A DNA stretch of 34,593 nucleotides from an uncultured Bdellovibrio sp. (GTDB lineage Bacteria > Bdellovibrionota > UBA1018 > CAIMNF01), in the NCBI GenBank assembly GCA_964654965.1, contig CAZZLF010000002.1, positions 1 through 34,593 of the forward strand. The letters run 5' to 3'. A program made the translations under genes and the position numbers. Under the pieces are notes generated by a model. That model saw only the letters and a program-made list of their open reading frames with translations, searched no databases and was not told the DNA's origin. How positions within the stretch are numbered: the stretch's first letter is position 1; the number at the start of each line of letters is the position of its first letter. Positions 8,454-15,949 of this stretch are shown piece by piece.

Positions 8454-8723
8454 ATGACTGAAGAAACAGTAATGCAAATGGGGATCAATGCACTTCAAAC
8501 AATGGCATATCTTTCTGGTCCTGTGCTGCTGGTTGCAATGGCAGTAGGTATTGTCATCTCAATTCTTCAGGCAATTACCCAGATCAATGAGCAAACGCTC
8601 ACTTTTGTTCCAAAAATAATCGCGGTTGTTTTGACCTTGATTGTTCTGGGTCCATGGATGCTGAGGATCATGCAGGAATACGCTATCGGTATTTTCGGTG
8701 GAGCAGGAGACTTGATTCACTGA
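8454..8723 (+). CDS. fliQ: Flagellar export gate protein FliQ
   Basis: An ~89-aa two-TM protein between fliP and fliR. The ATG at 8454 follows SD AGGGGGTGA; the GTG at 8451 is the alternative start. Confidence 0.92.
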   Translation: MTEETVMQMGINALQTMAYLSGPVLLVAMAVGIVISILQAITQINEQTLTFVPKIIAVVLTLIVLGPWMLRIMQEYAIGIFGGAGDLIH

Positions 8724-9529
8724 TGGTATTTGGTAACTGGACCCCGGAAGATCTGCTCTGCTTTTTTATGGTCCTGATGAGGCTCAGTACTCTCATGGTT
8801 GTGTTGCCCATTTTTGGCGATAAAACCGTTCCTGCTCCGGTGAAAATTCTCTTGTCCATTACTTTTTCGGCAGTCCTTTTTCCGATCTTGAAAAGTAACG
8901 GGAGTGTTAAAGTGGATGATGCTTTGATTTGGTCAGAAACAACGGGCAAACTGCTCTTGACCATTATCAGTGAAGTCATGGTGGGATTAACCGTAGGTTT
9001 CGTTGCTCAACTTGTTTTTCATGCGATTCAAGTAGCGGGTGATTTTTTCTCTCAATTCATGGGTCTTTCCATGGCCAGCATTTATGACCCGCACATGGAA
9101 AATCAAACCATGGTCATGGGACAATTCATGAGCGCTCTGGCGATGTTGACTTTTTTGGCTCTTGACGGACACCACACGCTTCTTAGGGCGATGATCGAAA
9201 CATTCAGTTTGATTCCTCAGGGGCATTTCGTCATCAATGATGCCTTTAAAAACTCCATGGTCGGTCTCGTTGGCAATACTGTTCTTTTTGGTCTGCAGCT
9301 GACGGCTCCCATGGCTGCCTGCATGTTGTTGGTCAATATCGTTTATGGAATTGTGGGTAAGGCATTGCCTCAATTGAATATCCTCACACTTTCGATGGCA
9401 TCCAGTGTTTTGATCGGTGGTTTTGTATTGCTCGTGACTTATCCCAGTGTACAAAGCGGTATGGCTAGTATTTTCCAAACGCACTTTGAAGACTTGAAAC
9501 AATTCATGGTGGTCTATGGCGGAAAATAA
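8723..9529 (+). CDS. fliR: Flagellar export gate protein FliR
   Basis: A polytopic membrane protein. The ATG at 8723 overlaps the fliQ TGA by 1 nt (TGATG). The ORF track start at 8654 lies inside fliQ and is unlikely. Confidence 0.9.
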   Translation: MVFGNWTPEDLLCFFMVLMRLSTLMVVLPIFGDKTVPAPVKILLSITFSAVLFPILKSNGSVKVDDALIWSETTGKLLLTIISEVMVGLTVGFVAQLVFHAIQVAGDFFSQFMGLSMASIYDPHMENQTMVMGQFMSALAMLTFLALDGHHTLLRAMIETFSLIPQGHFVINDAFKNSMVGLVGNTVLFGLQLTAPMAACMLLVNIVYGIVGKALPQLNILTLSMASSVLIGGFVLLVTYPSVQSGMASIFQTHFEDLKQFMVVYGGK

Positions 9530-10604
9530 CGAAGAAAGGGACACGGAAGATCTATCCGAAGAAGCCTCGCCCTATCGGTTAGAAGAATTCCGAAGAAAAG
9601 GTCAGGTTGCACAAAGTAGGGAACTGGTAGCCTTGCTGGTTGCTTTTGCCTCTGGCTTGACCTTGTTCATGATGGCCCCCGGATTTGCGGAAGAGATCAT
9701 TCGATTTATGAAAGATACGTTTTCACAAGGGTTGGTTTCCAAACCGGGTGATGACATGCAGAAGCTGGCGGGCGAACGATTAATGGATATGTTGGGTGTC
9801 GTCGCCAAAATCGGCTTGCCTATTTCGATCGTAGGGTTTGTTTTGGGTATTGTTTCTCATCTGGCGCAAATAGGATTCATTTTTTCTACAGAGACATTGA
9901 CCCCTGATCTGGGAAAGATCAATCCATTGAATGGATTAAAACGAATTTTTTCCATGAAAAATCTGGTAGAGACTGGTCGAGTTTTGATCAAGGGAATGAT
10001 CGTACTTTATGTCGCTTACGTCATGGTAAAGAGTAACATCATTGATTCTCCGTCTTTGATTTTTCAAAATCCGAAGGCGATTTTTGAAATGATCGGAAAG
10101 TCGGGAAGAAATTTATTTATCGCGATGATGGGGGTTCTCTCCGTCTTTGCTGCGATTGACCTTTTTCTTCAAAAACGTGAATTTGGCAAACAAGTTCGCG
10201 TCACCAAAAAAGAAGCAAAACAAGAAGCTAAAGAACAAGAAGGAGATCCGCTCATCAAGTCGAGAATCCGCTCTATCCAGCGCGATATGGCTCGAAAGCG
10301 AATGATGAAAGCGGTGAAGAGCGCGGATGTGATCGTCACGAACCCGACCCACATTGCCATTGCTCTTTGTTACGATAAGGACAAGATGGTTGCTCCCAAA
10401 GTGGTCGCCAAAGGTGCCGACTTCATGGCCGAAAACATCAAGAAAATTGCAAAAGATGCTGGAGTCCCTTTGGTGGAAAATGTTCCTCTTGCACGCGCAA
10501 TGTTCAAAAGCGTAAAGGTTGGACAGGTGATTCCTCGTTCCTTGTTCCAGGCTGTTGCAGAAGTTCTTGCATACGTATACAAGCTCAAGAATAAAACTGT
10601 TTGA
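9516..10604 (+). CDS. flhB: Flagellar export switch protein FlhB
   Basis: The length is 362 aa with four N-terminal TMs. The C-terminal domain carries the NPTH autocleavage site (VIVTNPTHIAIAL). It overlaps fliR by 14 nt. Confidence 0.95.
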   Translation: MAENNEERDTEDLSEEASPYRLEEFRRKGQVAQSRELVALLVAFASGLTLFMMAPGFAEEIIRFMKDTFSQGLVSKPGDDMQKLAGERLMDMLGVVAKIGLPISIVGFVLGIVSHLAQIGFIFSTETLTPDLGKINPLNGLKRIFSMKNLVETGRVLIKGMIVLYVAYVMVKSNIIDSPSLIFQNPKAIFEMIGKSGRNLFIAMMGVLSVFAAIDLFLQKREFGKQVRVTKKEAKQEAKEQEGDPLIKSRIRSIQRDMARKRMMKAVKSADVIVTNPTHIAIALCYDKDKMVAPKVVAKGADFMAENIKKIAKDAGVPLVENVPLARAMFKSVKVGQVIPRSLFQAVAEVLAYVYKLKNKTV

Positions 10605-10672
10605 GTGTGAGTGATGCTCTTTTGACGCCGTTGTTTTGACGGTTTTTCCAGAAAAAACAAGAACAAAAAACT

Positions 10673-10701
10673 TTTAACCAGACGCGTGATGGTGCTAAAA
10701 T
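10673..10701 (+). promoter_or_regulatory. Candidate extended -10 promoter for flhA (TTTAAC-N17-TGcTAAAAT)
   Basis: TTTAAC lies at 10673-10678 and TG at 10693-10694, with TAAAAT at 10696-10701. It sits in the 134-161-nt gap after flhB. Confidence 0.35.
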
Positions 10702-10711
10702 TTGAATATGT

Positions 10712-10732
10712 AGTTCACAAGGATGTTGAACT
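10712..10732 (+). promoter_or_regulatory. Leader hairpin AGUUCA-CAAGGAUGU-UGAACU upstream of flhA (CsrA-consensus GGA loop)
   Basis: A 6-bp perfect stem holds the loop. ACAAGGAUGU equals the ACARGGAUGU core of the SELEX CsrA consensus RUACARGGAUGU. Additional GGA motifs lie at 10753-10755 and 10761-10763, in the SD region of the ATG at 10766. Confidence 0.35.
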
Positions 10733-10765
10733 CATTGAATGCCGGAACGTGAGGAATCAGGGAAG

Positions 10766-12865
10766 ATGAATCAGGCTGCACCAAAAAACTCATTGATCAA
10801 TCGTTTTTTCCAGAGTCCTGACATGTTGATGGCTGTCGGTTTGATTGGTGTTCTCGCAATCATGATTGTGCCGATGCAACCATTTGTCATGGACCTGCTG
10901 ATATCACTTTCGATTGCTGTTTCGGTGATCATGCTGGTGACTTCGGTTTACATCAAAAGGGCACTTGAGTTCAGTTCTTTTCCAACATTGCTTTTGGTTT
11001 TTACTCTTTATCGTCTTTCCTTGAATGTCGCCACCACTCGGATCATTTTGCTGAGAGGTGCAGATTCCGGAACTTCTGCAGCGGGTGAAGTGATTCACTC
11101 GTTCGGGGAATTTGTGATCGGTGGAAATTATGCTGTCGGTATTGTTGTTTTTGCCATTCTCGTAGTGATTAACTTTGTCGTCATCACCAAGGGTGCTGGT
11201 AGAGTAGCTGAAGTTGCAGCACGATTCACCTTGGATGCATTACCGGGTAAACAAATGTCGATCGATGCTGATTTGAATGCTGGCGCGATCAACGAAGAAA
11301 CTGCAAGAACCAGACGTGCAGAAGTTGCAAGAGAAGCTGATTTTTATGGAGCCATGGATGGTGCGAGCAAATTTGTTCGTGGAGAAGCCATTGCCGGCAT
11401 CCTGATCGTTTTCATCAATATGATTGGTGGAATCGTCATCGGAGCCGTTCAAAGGGGAATGTCCATTGGTGATGCCGCTCAAACTTTCACCTTGCTCACG
11501 ATCGGGGATGGTTTGGTCACACAAATTCCAGCCCTCATCGTTTCCGTTGCTGCAGGTATCATTGTCACCCGTTCAGGCGGACAAAATGATCTTGGAACGG
11601 ATTTGGGTAAACAAGTTTTCTCTCAGCCAAAAGCGCTTTACGCTGGAGCAGGAGTCATGGGGACTTTGGCAATCATTCCAGGTTTGCCTTTTATTCCATT
11701 CACCGTGATGGGGGCTGGATTTGCTATTCTTGCCAACCGTATGTCGAAGAAAGAAACTCTTCGTATATCCGAAGAGGCCAAGGCTAAGGAAACCGAAAAA
11801 GATAAAAAAGAACCTGAAAAAATTGAAAGTCTTCTTGGCGTTGACACGCTTGAGTTGGAAGTCGGATATGGACTCGTCAGCTTGGTGGATGGAGACAAAA
11901 ATGGCGATCTCCTGGAGAGGATTACCGGAATCCGTAAGCAGTTTGCAATGGAAATGGGGATCGTTGTACCTCCGCTGAGAATCCGCGATAACTTGGAATT
12001 AAAACCAGGAGACTATCAGGTGCTTCTCAAAGGTATTCCAATCGCTACCGGTAGTTTGATGGTGGGCCATTTGATGGCGATGGATCCGGGTAATGTGACC
12101 GAAAAAGTGAAGGGTATTCCGACTAAGGAACCTGCATTCGGTTTGGATGCTCTCTGGATCTCGGTGAATGATAAAGATCGTGCAAGTTATGCCGGCTACA
12201 CCGTTGTTGATTTAAGTACGGTGATCGCAACCCATTTAACAGAAGTAGTGAGACAAAATTGCTCCGAATTGCTGGGTCGTCAGGAGCTTCAAACTCTTCT
12301 CGATGGTGTGAAGCAAACTGCCCCGAAAGTAGTGGAAGATCTGATTCCCAATGTGGTTTCAGTGGGATTGGTTCTCAAGATTCTTAAAAACCTTCTTCGT
12401 GAGGGTGTATCCATTCGTGATTTGAAAAGTATTCTCGAGGCGATCGGAGAAATGGCTCCTCATCAAAAAGATGCACACATGCTCACGGAACATGTCAGGA
12501 CCATTCTTGCACGTACGATTACGAAAAAACTGGTTGGGTTTGATGGTCAGTTGACCCTCTTGACTCTGGACAAAGAGGTGGAAGAAACCATCGCTTCTGG
12601 AATCATACAAACTGACCAAGGTACACAGCTCTCCCTGGACCCTGATTTTGTCCGCCAGTTTATTTCAGAACTAAACGATCAGGCTGCGGCATTATTGCAG
12701 GAATCCAACCAGGCTGTGGTTCTTTGTTCACCTTTGATTCGACATCATGTGAAGCAGTTGGTTGACCGATTTATCCCAAACATAACCGTATTATCCCATA
12801 ACGAATTGAGTCCGTCCGTTAATATCCGTTCATTCGGAACAGTGAGGTTAGCATATGCAAGTTAA
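10766..12865 (+). CDS. flhA: Flagellar export apparatus protein FlhA
   Basis: FHIPEP family: FPTLLLVFTLYRLSLNVATTRIILL, RFTLDALPGKQMSIDADL and GAMDGASKFVRGEAIAGILI. The ATG at 10766 has SD GAGGAA/AGGGAAG. The in-frame ATG at 10739 (ORF track) is the alternative start. Confidence 0.96.
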   Translation: MNQAAPKNSLINRFFQSPDMLMAVGLIGVLAIMIVPMQPFVMDLLISLSIAVSVIMLVTSVYIKRALEFSSFPTLLLVFTLYRLSLNVATTRIILLRGADSGTSAAGEVIHSFGEFVIGGNYAVGIVVFAILVVINFVVITKGAGRVAEVAARFTLDALPGKQMSIDADLNAGAINEETARTRRAEVAREADFYGAMDGASKFVRGEAIAGILIVFINMIGGIVIGAVQRGMSIGDAAQTFTLLTIGDGLVTQIPALIVSVAAGIIVTRSGGQNDLGTDLGKQVFSQPKALYAGAGVMGTLAIIPGLPFIPFTVMGAGFAILANRMSKKETLRISEEAKAKETEKDKKEPEKIESLLGVDTLELEVGYGLVSLVDGDKNGDLLERITGIRKQFAMEMGIVVPPLRIRDNLELKPGDYQVLLKGIPIATGSLMVGHLMAMDPGNVTEKVKGIPTKEPAFGLDALWISVNDKDRASYAGYTVVDLSTVIATHLTEVVRQNCSELLGRQELQTLLDGVKQTAPKVVEDLIPNVVSVGLVLKILKNLLREGVSIRDLKSILEAIGEMAPHQKDAHMLTEHVRTILARTITKKLVGFDGQLTLLTLDKEVEETIASGIIQTDQGTQLSLDPDFVRQFISELNDQAAALLQESNQAVVLCSPLIRHHVKQLVDRFIPNITVLSHNELSPSVNIRSFGTVRLAYAS

Positions 12866-14240
12866 GAAATTCGAAGCGCCAACATTGCAGGAAGCATTGG
12901 ATGCGATCAAGAGAGAACTTGGTCCAGAGGCGATCATCCTTCAGACAAAACAAAACCGTAAGGGTTTTGGATTAATGTCTAAAGGTTCGGTAGAGGTGAC
13001 TGCAGCTGTTTCCGACCGCTCCCTGGATAAGAAATCCAAGGTAGAGAAAAAAATTCCGGATGCTTACCAGCAAAAAATTCAGACTCTTTCTGCTCAAAAG
13101 CAGGTGGATGTCTACGATAACTATCTTGAAAAACGATTGGAAAGAGACAATGTTCAACTCAGTAATCGTAACAAAAGAACAGCAGTGAGATATGCCGATA
13201 TCCAAGATGATGAATCAGCATCTTATTCACATCAAAACGAAGTTCCACCGGTTGAAAACATTCCTCAATTTACAGTGCCGAGTAGAATCGAAGCAGCTGT
13301 TGAAAATTTCAGCACGATCAAGAACCAAAGCCAGCTTGCACTTCAAGAAGAAGTGGAACACCTTAAGCGCCTCGTCGAAGAACTAAGGGCTTCCGTTCAG
13401 AAAGATCGAAACAAGCCTGATTTCGTCGATTCTGATTCACCATTTTCTGCTACCGATGCTCTTCAGGAATCGTACGAAGTGCTTCTTCATTCCGGTGTGG
13501 AAAAGCGTTTTGCGATTCAGATCATGCGCGATGTGGCTAGGAATTTGCCGGTGGAAGCAAGAGCTGACCGAGAAAAAGTTCTGGATTCAGTTGCAGATCG
13601 CTTACTCAAACAAACTAAAGTTGTGTCTTTCTTTGAAGAGGGGCAGGTTCATGGACAGTCGATCCATGTTTTCGTCGGTGCCAGTGGGGCCGGAAAAACG
13701 AGTTCTCTTGCCAAGCTTGCAACGCATTCGGCTCGTACACGCAATGAGCGCATGGGAGTGATCCGCATTCAACTTTCAAATGAGGAGGCAGTGGACTCCT
13801 TGGGGGTTCTCGCTAAAGCCCTTCATGTTCCTTATCGTCTGGTTTCTTCAATGGAAGAACTTCAGGTTGCGATTCAGGATCTCAGCCAATGTAATCGAAT
13901 CTTTATAGATACTCCTTCGATTCCTGTGAAAGACCAGAATGCAATCAAGAGTCTAGGTCATCTGTTGTCAGCTGCACCGGGAGCAAACATTCATTATGTG
14001 ATTTCTTGCGTGTCTCGCGATCTCGAGACCTATGAACAATCACGCCTGTATTTGAAGTTAAGACCAAATAGCCTGATGTTTTCGAGAATGGATGAGTCAT
14101 TCTCTTTTGGTTCGATTTACTCGATCTCAAGCAGACTGGGAATACCGGTGACCATCTTCTTGAGTGGCAAAAAGGTGACAGGTGATTGGGAATCTGCAAC
14201 GGCAGAACGTTTGGCTGCTTCTATATTGAATATTGTCTGA
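12855..14240 (+). CDS. flhF: Flagellar biosynthesis SRP-type GTPase FlhF (degenerate G3/G4 motifs)
   Basis: The N-terminus MQVKKFEAPTLQEALDAIKRELGPEAIILQTK is typical of FlhF. The P-loop is GASGAGKTS. It lies after flhA and overlaps it by 11 nt. Confidence 0.85.
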   Translation: MQVKKFEAPTLQEALDAIKRELGPEAIILQTKQNRKGFGLMSKGSVEVTAAVSDRSLDKKSKVEKKIPDAYQQKIQTLSAQKQVDVYDNYLEKRLERDNVQLSNRNKRTAVRYADIQDDESASYSHQNEVPPVENIPQFTVPSRIEAAVENFSTIKNQSQLALQEEVEHLKRLVEELRASVQKDRNKPDFVDSDSPFSATDALQESYEVLLHSGVEKRFAIQIMRDVARNLPVEARADREKVLDSVADRLLKQTKVVSFFEEGQVHGQSIHVFVGASGAGKTSSLAKLATHSARTRNERMGVIRIQLSNEEAVDSLGVLAKALHVPYRLVSSMEELQVAIQDLSQCNRIFIDTPSIPVKDQNAIKSLGHLLSAAPGANIHYVISCVSRDLETYEQSRLYLKLRPNSLMFSRMDESFSFGSIYSISSRLGIPVTIFLSGKKVTGDWESATAERLAASILNIV

Positions 14241-14320
14241 TGGGCAAAAAATGACCGTATCCATCGACGTAAGGGTATTGATACACTGATTTTAAATAGC
14301 TTGCCATGGAGAGGTGAGGA

Positions 14321-15328
14321 ATGGGGACAACAAAGAAATCTGCATTACAAAAGTACCAAAAGGCTGATGAGGCTGTTCCTTCCAAAAGGGGTAAGTCATC
14401 TTCTGTCTCTGATGGAAAGAACGATTCTGTTGTCGTAAAAGTCAGCAAGAAGAGCGTTGAGACGGCAATCGAGGCTGCTGGAGATTCCAGGAAGAAAGCT
14501 GAAGAGCAGGCGGCTGTTCAGCAGAAGCTCGAAAAAGAGCTCATTCAGGAATCAGCTGTTGGCAATAAACTGGTGAAGGGCGATTTCTCTCCCTTAAATA
14601 CAGATCGCAACACTCTGATTGTTGAATATTCCGGATTGATCAAATTCATTGCTCAAAAAATTGCAGCACGTTTGCCTGCAAATATCGAGTTGGATGACCT
14701 GATCAGTTCGGGGGTGATCGGTCTCATGGACGCGATAGAAAAATATGATTCCTCGAGAGACAACAAGTTCAAAACTTATGCTGAATTCAGGATCCGTGGT
14801 TCTATCCTAGATGAACTGCGCTCTCAGGATTGGGTTCCTCGTTCGGTTCGAGAGAAGGCAAAGATTCTCGAGAGAGCTTACGCAAAAATCGAACAGGAAA
14901 AAGGTCGACAGGCTACTGATGAAGAAGCCTGCATTGAGCTTGGCATGACAACCGATCAGTATCATGAGCTTTTGAATGAAGTGAGGAGCGTTTCTCTTCT
15001 TTCCTATGATGATCTGGCGAACCTTTCGAATTCGGATAAACGTTCTTTGCATAGTGGTGGAGAACACGGTTCCCGTTCGGCTAATCCTTATAGTGAAGTC
15101 AATGTTGCCAGCCTCAAGAGTCTGGTGAGTGAGGCAATTGAGGATCTTCCCGAAAAGCAGCGTCTTGTGCTTTCTCTTTACTATTATGAAGATTTAAACC
15201 TTAAGGAAATTGGCCGTGTTTTGGACGTGACTGAATCTCGAGTCAGTCAATTACACTCCCAGGCAATCTTTAAATTGAAAGCCCGTCTCAAAAATAATTG
15301 GGATGATTTTATCAGTTTGGTTTCCTGA
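14321..15328 (+). CDS. fliA: Flagellar sigma factor FliA (sigma28) with an N-terminal extension
   Basis: Region 2 is DLISSGVIGLMDAIEKYDSSRDNKFKTYAEFRIRGSILDELR. Region 4 is LPEKQRLVLSLYYYEDLNLKEIGRVLDVTESRVSQLHSQAI. Good SD GGAGAGGTGAGGA precedes the ATG at 14321. Confidence 0.9.
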   Translation: MGTTKKSALQKYQKADEAVPSKRGKSSSVSDGKNDSVVVKVSKKSVETAIEAAGDSRKKAEEQAAVQQKLEKELIQESAVGNKLVKGDFSPLNTDRNTLIVEYSGLIKFIAQKIAARLPANIELDDLISSGVIGLMDAIEKYDSSRDNKFKTYAEFRIRGSILDELRSQDWVPRSVREKAKILERAYAKIEQEKGRQATDEEACIELGMTTDQYHELLNEVRSVSLLSYDDLANLSNSDKRSLHSGGEHGSRSANPYSEVNVASLKSLVSEAIEDLPEKQRLVLSLYYYEDLNLKEIGRVLDVTESRVSQLHSQAIFKLKARLKNNWDDFISLVS

Positions 15329-15334
15329 ACTCAG

Positions 15335-15706
15335 TCACGCAGCTTGTTTTAATTCAGGAGTTTCAGTTTCTGAACCTTCATTGGATCCAGCACCGCTTGC
15401 GGGCATTTTCACAGAAGTATAGCATCGATAAAACTTACGGGCAGGAAAAGGATTCTCTTCGGTAGGCAAAGCATTCATGACCCGACCGGATGAGATCTGT
15501 TCATGCATTTGCCTCAAGACCACATTCATGGATTGCATTTCGTTTCCGTTCAGGTTGTAGGTGATGATCAGCTCTTCGTCGACAGGAAATTTTTGTGCAG
15601 TAAAAAATGAAACCTGTTCTGACTGAATATCATGAGTCAGAGCGTAGCCATGCACGACCATGTCAGGCTTGTTCTTGTACTGTATGGTGATCGGTACCCG
15701 TTTCAA
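15335..15706 (-). CDS. Small single-domain PilZ-like protein (non-canonical motifs)
   Basis: A TTG start follows SD GGAGAA at 8-nt spacing. The beta-rich pattern KRVPITIQYK...HGYALTHDIQSEQVSFFT...LIITYNL...NVVLRQ resembles a PilZ barrel. It lacks clear RxxxR and DxSxxG motifs. The assignment rests on pattern recognition only. Confidence 0.35.
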   Translation of the reverse strand: MKRVPITIQYKNKPDMVVHGYALTHDIQSEQVSFFTAQKFPVDEELIITYNLNGNEMQSMNVVLRQMHEQISSGRVMNALPTEENPFPARKFYRCYTSVKMPASGAGSNEGSETETPELKQAA

Positions 15707-15734
15707 GCAATGTTCTCCATTTGAATCGACCTTT

Positions 15735-15752
15735 TTACCGGCCGTTACCGGC
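15735..15752. repeat. Direct repeat TTACCGGC x2 with 10-bp period in the divergent pilZ-like/flp intergenic region
   Basis: TTACCGGC lies at 15735-15742 and again at 15745-15752. It forms a GC-rich island in otherwise AT-rich spacer. Confidence 0.3.
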
Positions 15753-15800
15753 GCGTAAATTGACCTTCACTTCTTTTATTCTACTTCAAAGGTTTAATAA

Positions 15801-15844
15801 TAGTCAATTCCGTGTCAGAAGAGACACATCTTTGACTATTTTTT
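15801..15844 (+). terminator. Bipartite hairpin plus U6 (intrinsic-terminator-like on the + strand)
   Basis: UAGUCAA (15801-15807) pairs with UUGACUA (15832-15838), and GUGUC (15812-15816) with GACAC (15823-15827). The hairpin is followed by TTTTTT at 15839-15844. Confidence 0.4.
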
Positions 15845-15889
15845 AATCGGTGAGATAATTAAAAAGATCAGTTGTGCTCAGAATATCGT

Positions 15890-15917
15890 TCAAGTTTTGA
15901 CGGCATTCTGACGATCA
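15890..15917 (+). promoter_or_regulatory. Weak sigma28-like promoter candidate upstream of the flp-like gene
   Basis: TCAAGTTT-N12-GACGATCA compares with the consensus TAAAGTTT-N11-GCCGATAA. It matches 7/8 at -35 and 6/8 at -10, and the spacer is one nt longer. Confidence 0.2.
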
Positions 15918-15949
15918 GCATTTGAGCTGAAGTAATGGGAGGGACAACG

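Noticed and set aside
8987-9544. 185-aa ORF on the - strand
   Set aside because: It lies entirely antisense to fliR and the flhB start, which have clear conserved membrane-protein sequence. Its translation is His/Gln/Cys-rich with no recognisable domain and no SD. It is treated as a shadow ORF.
10620-10647. Direct repeat TTTTGACG (10620-10627, 10634-10641) and a CCGT/ACGG hairpin plus T5 after flhB, as a possible terminator
   Set aside because: The stem is only 4 bp, too weak to call an intrinsic terminator. The repeat may be chance in a T-rich spacer.
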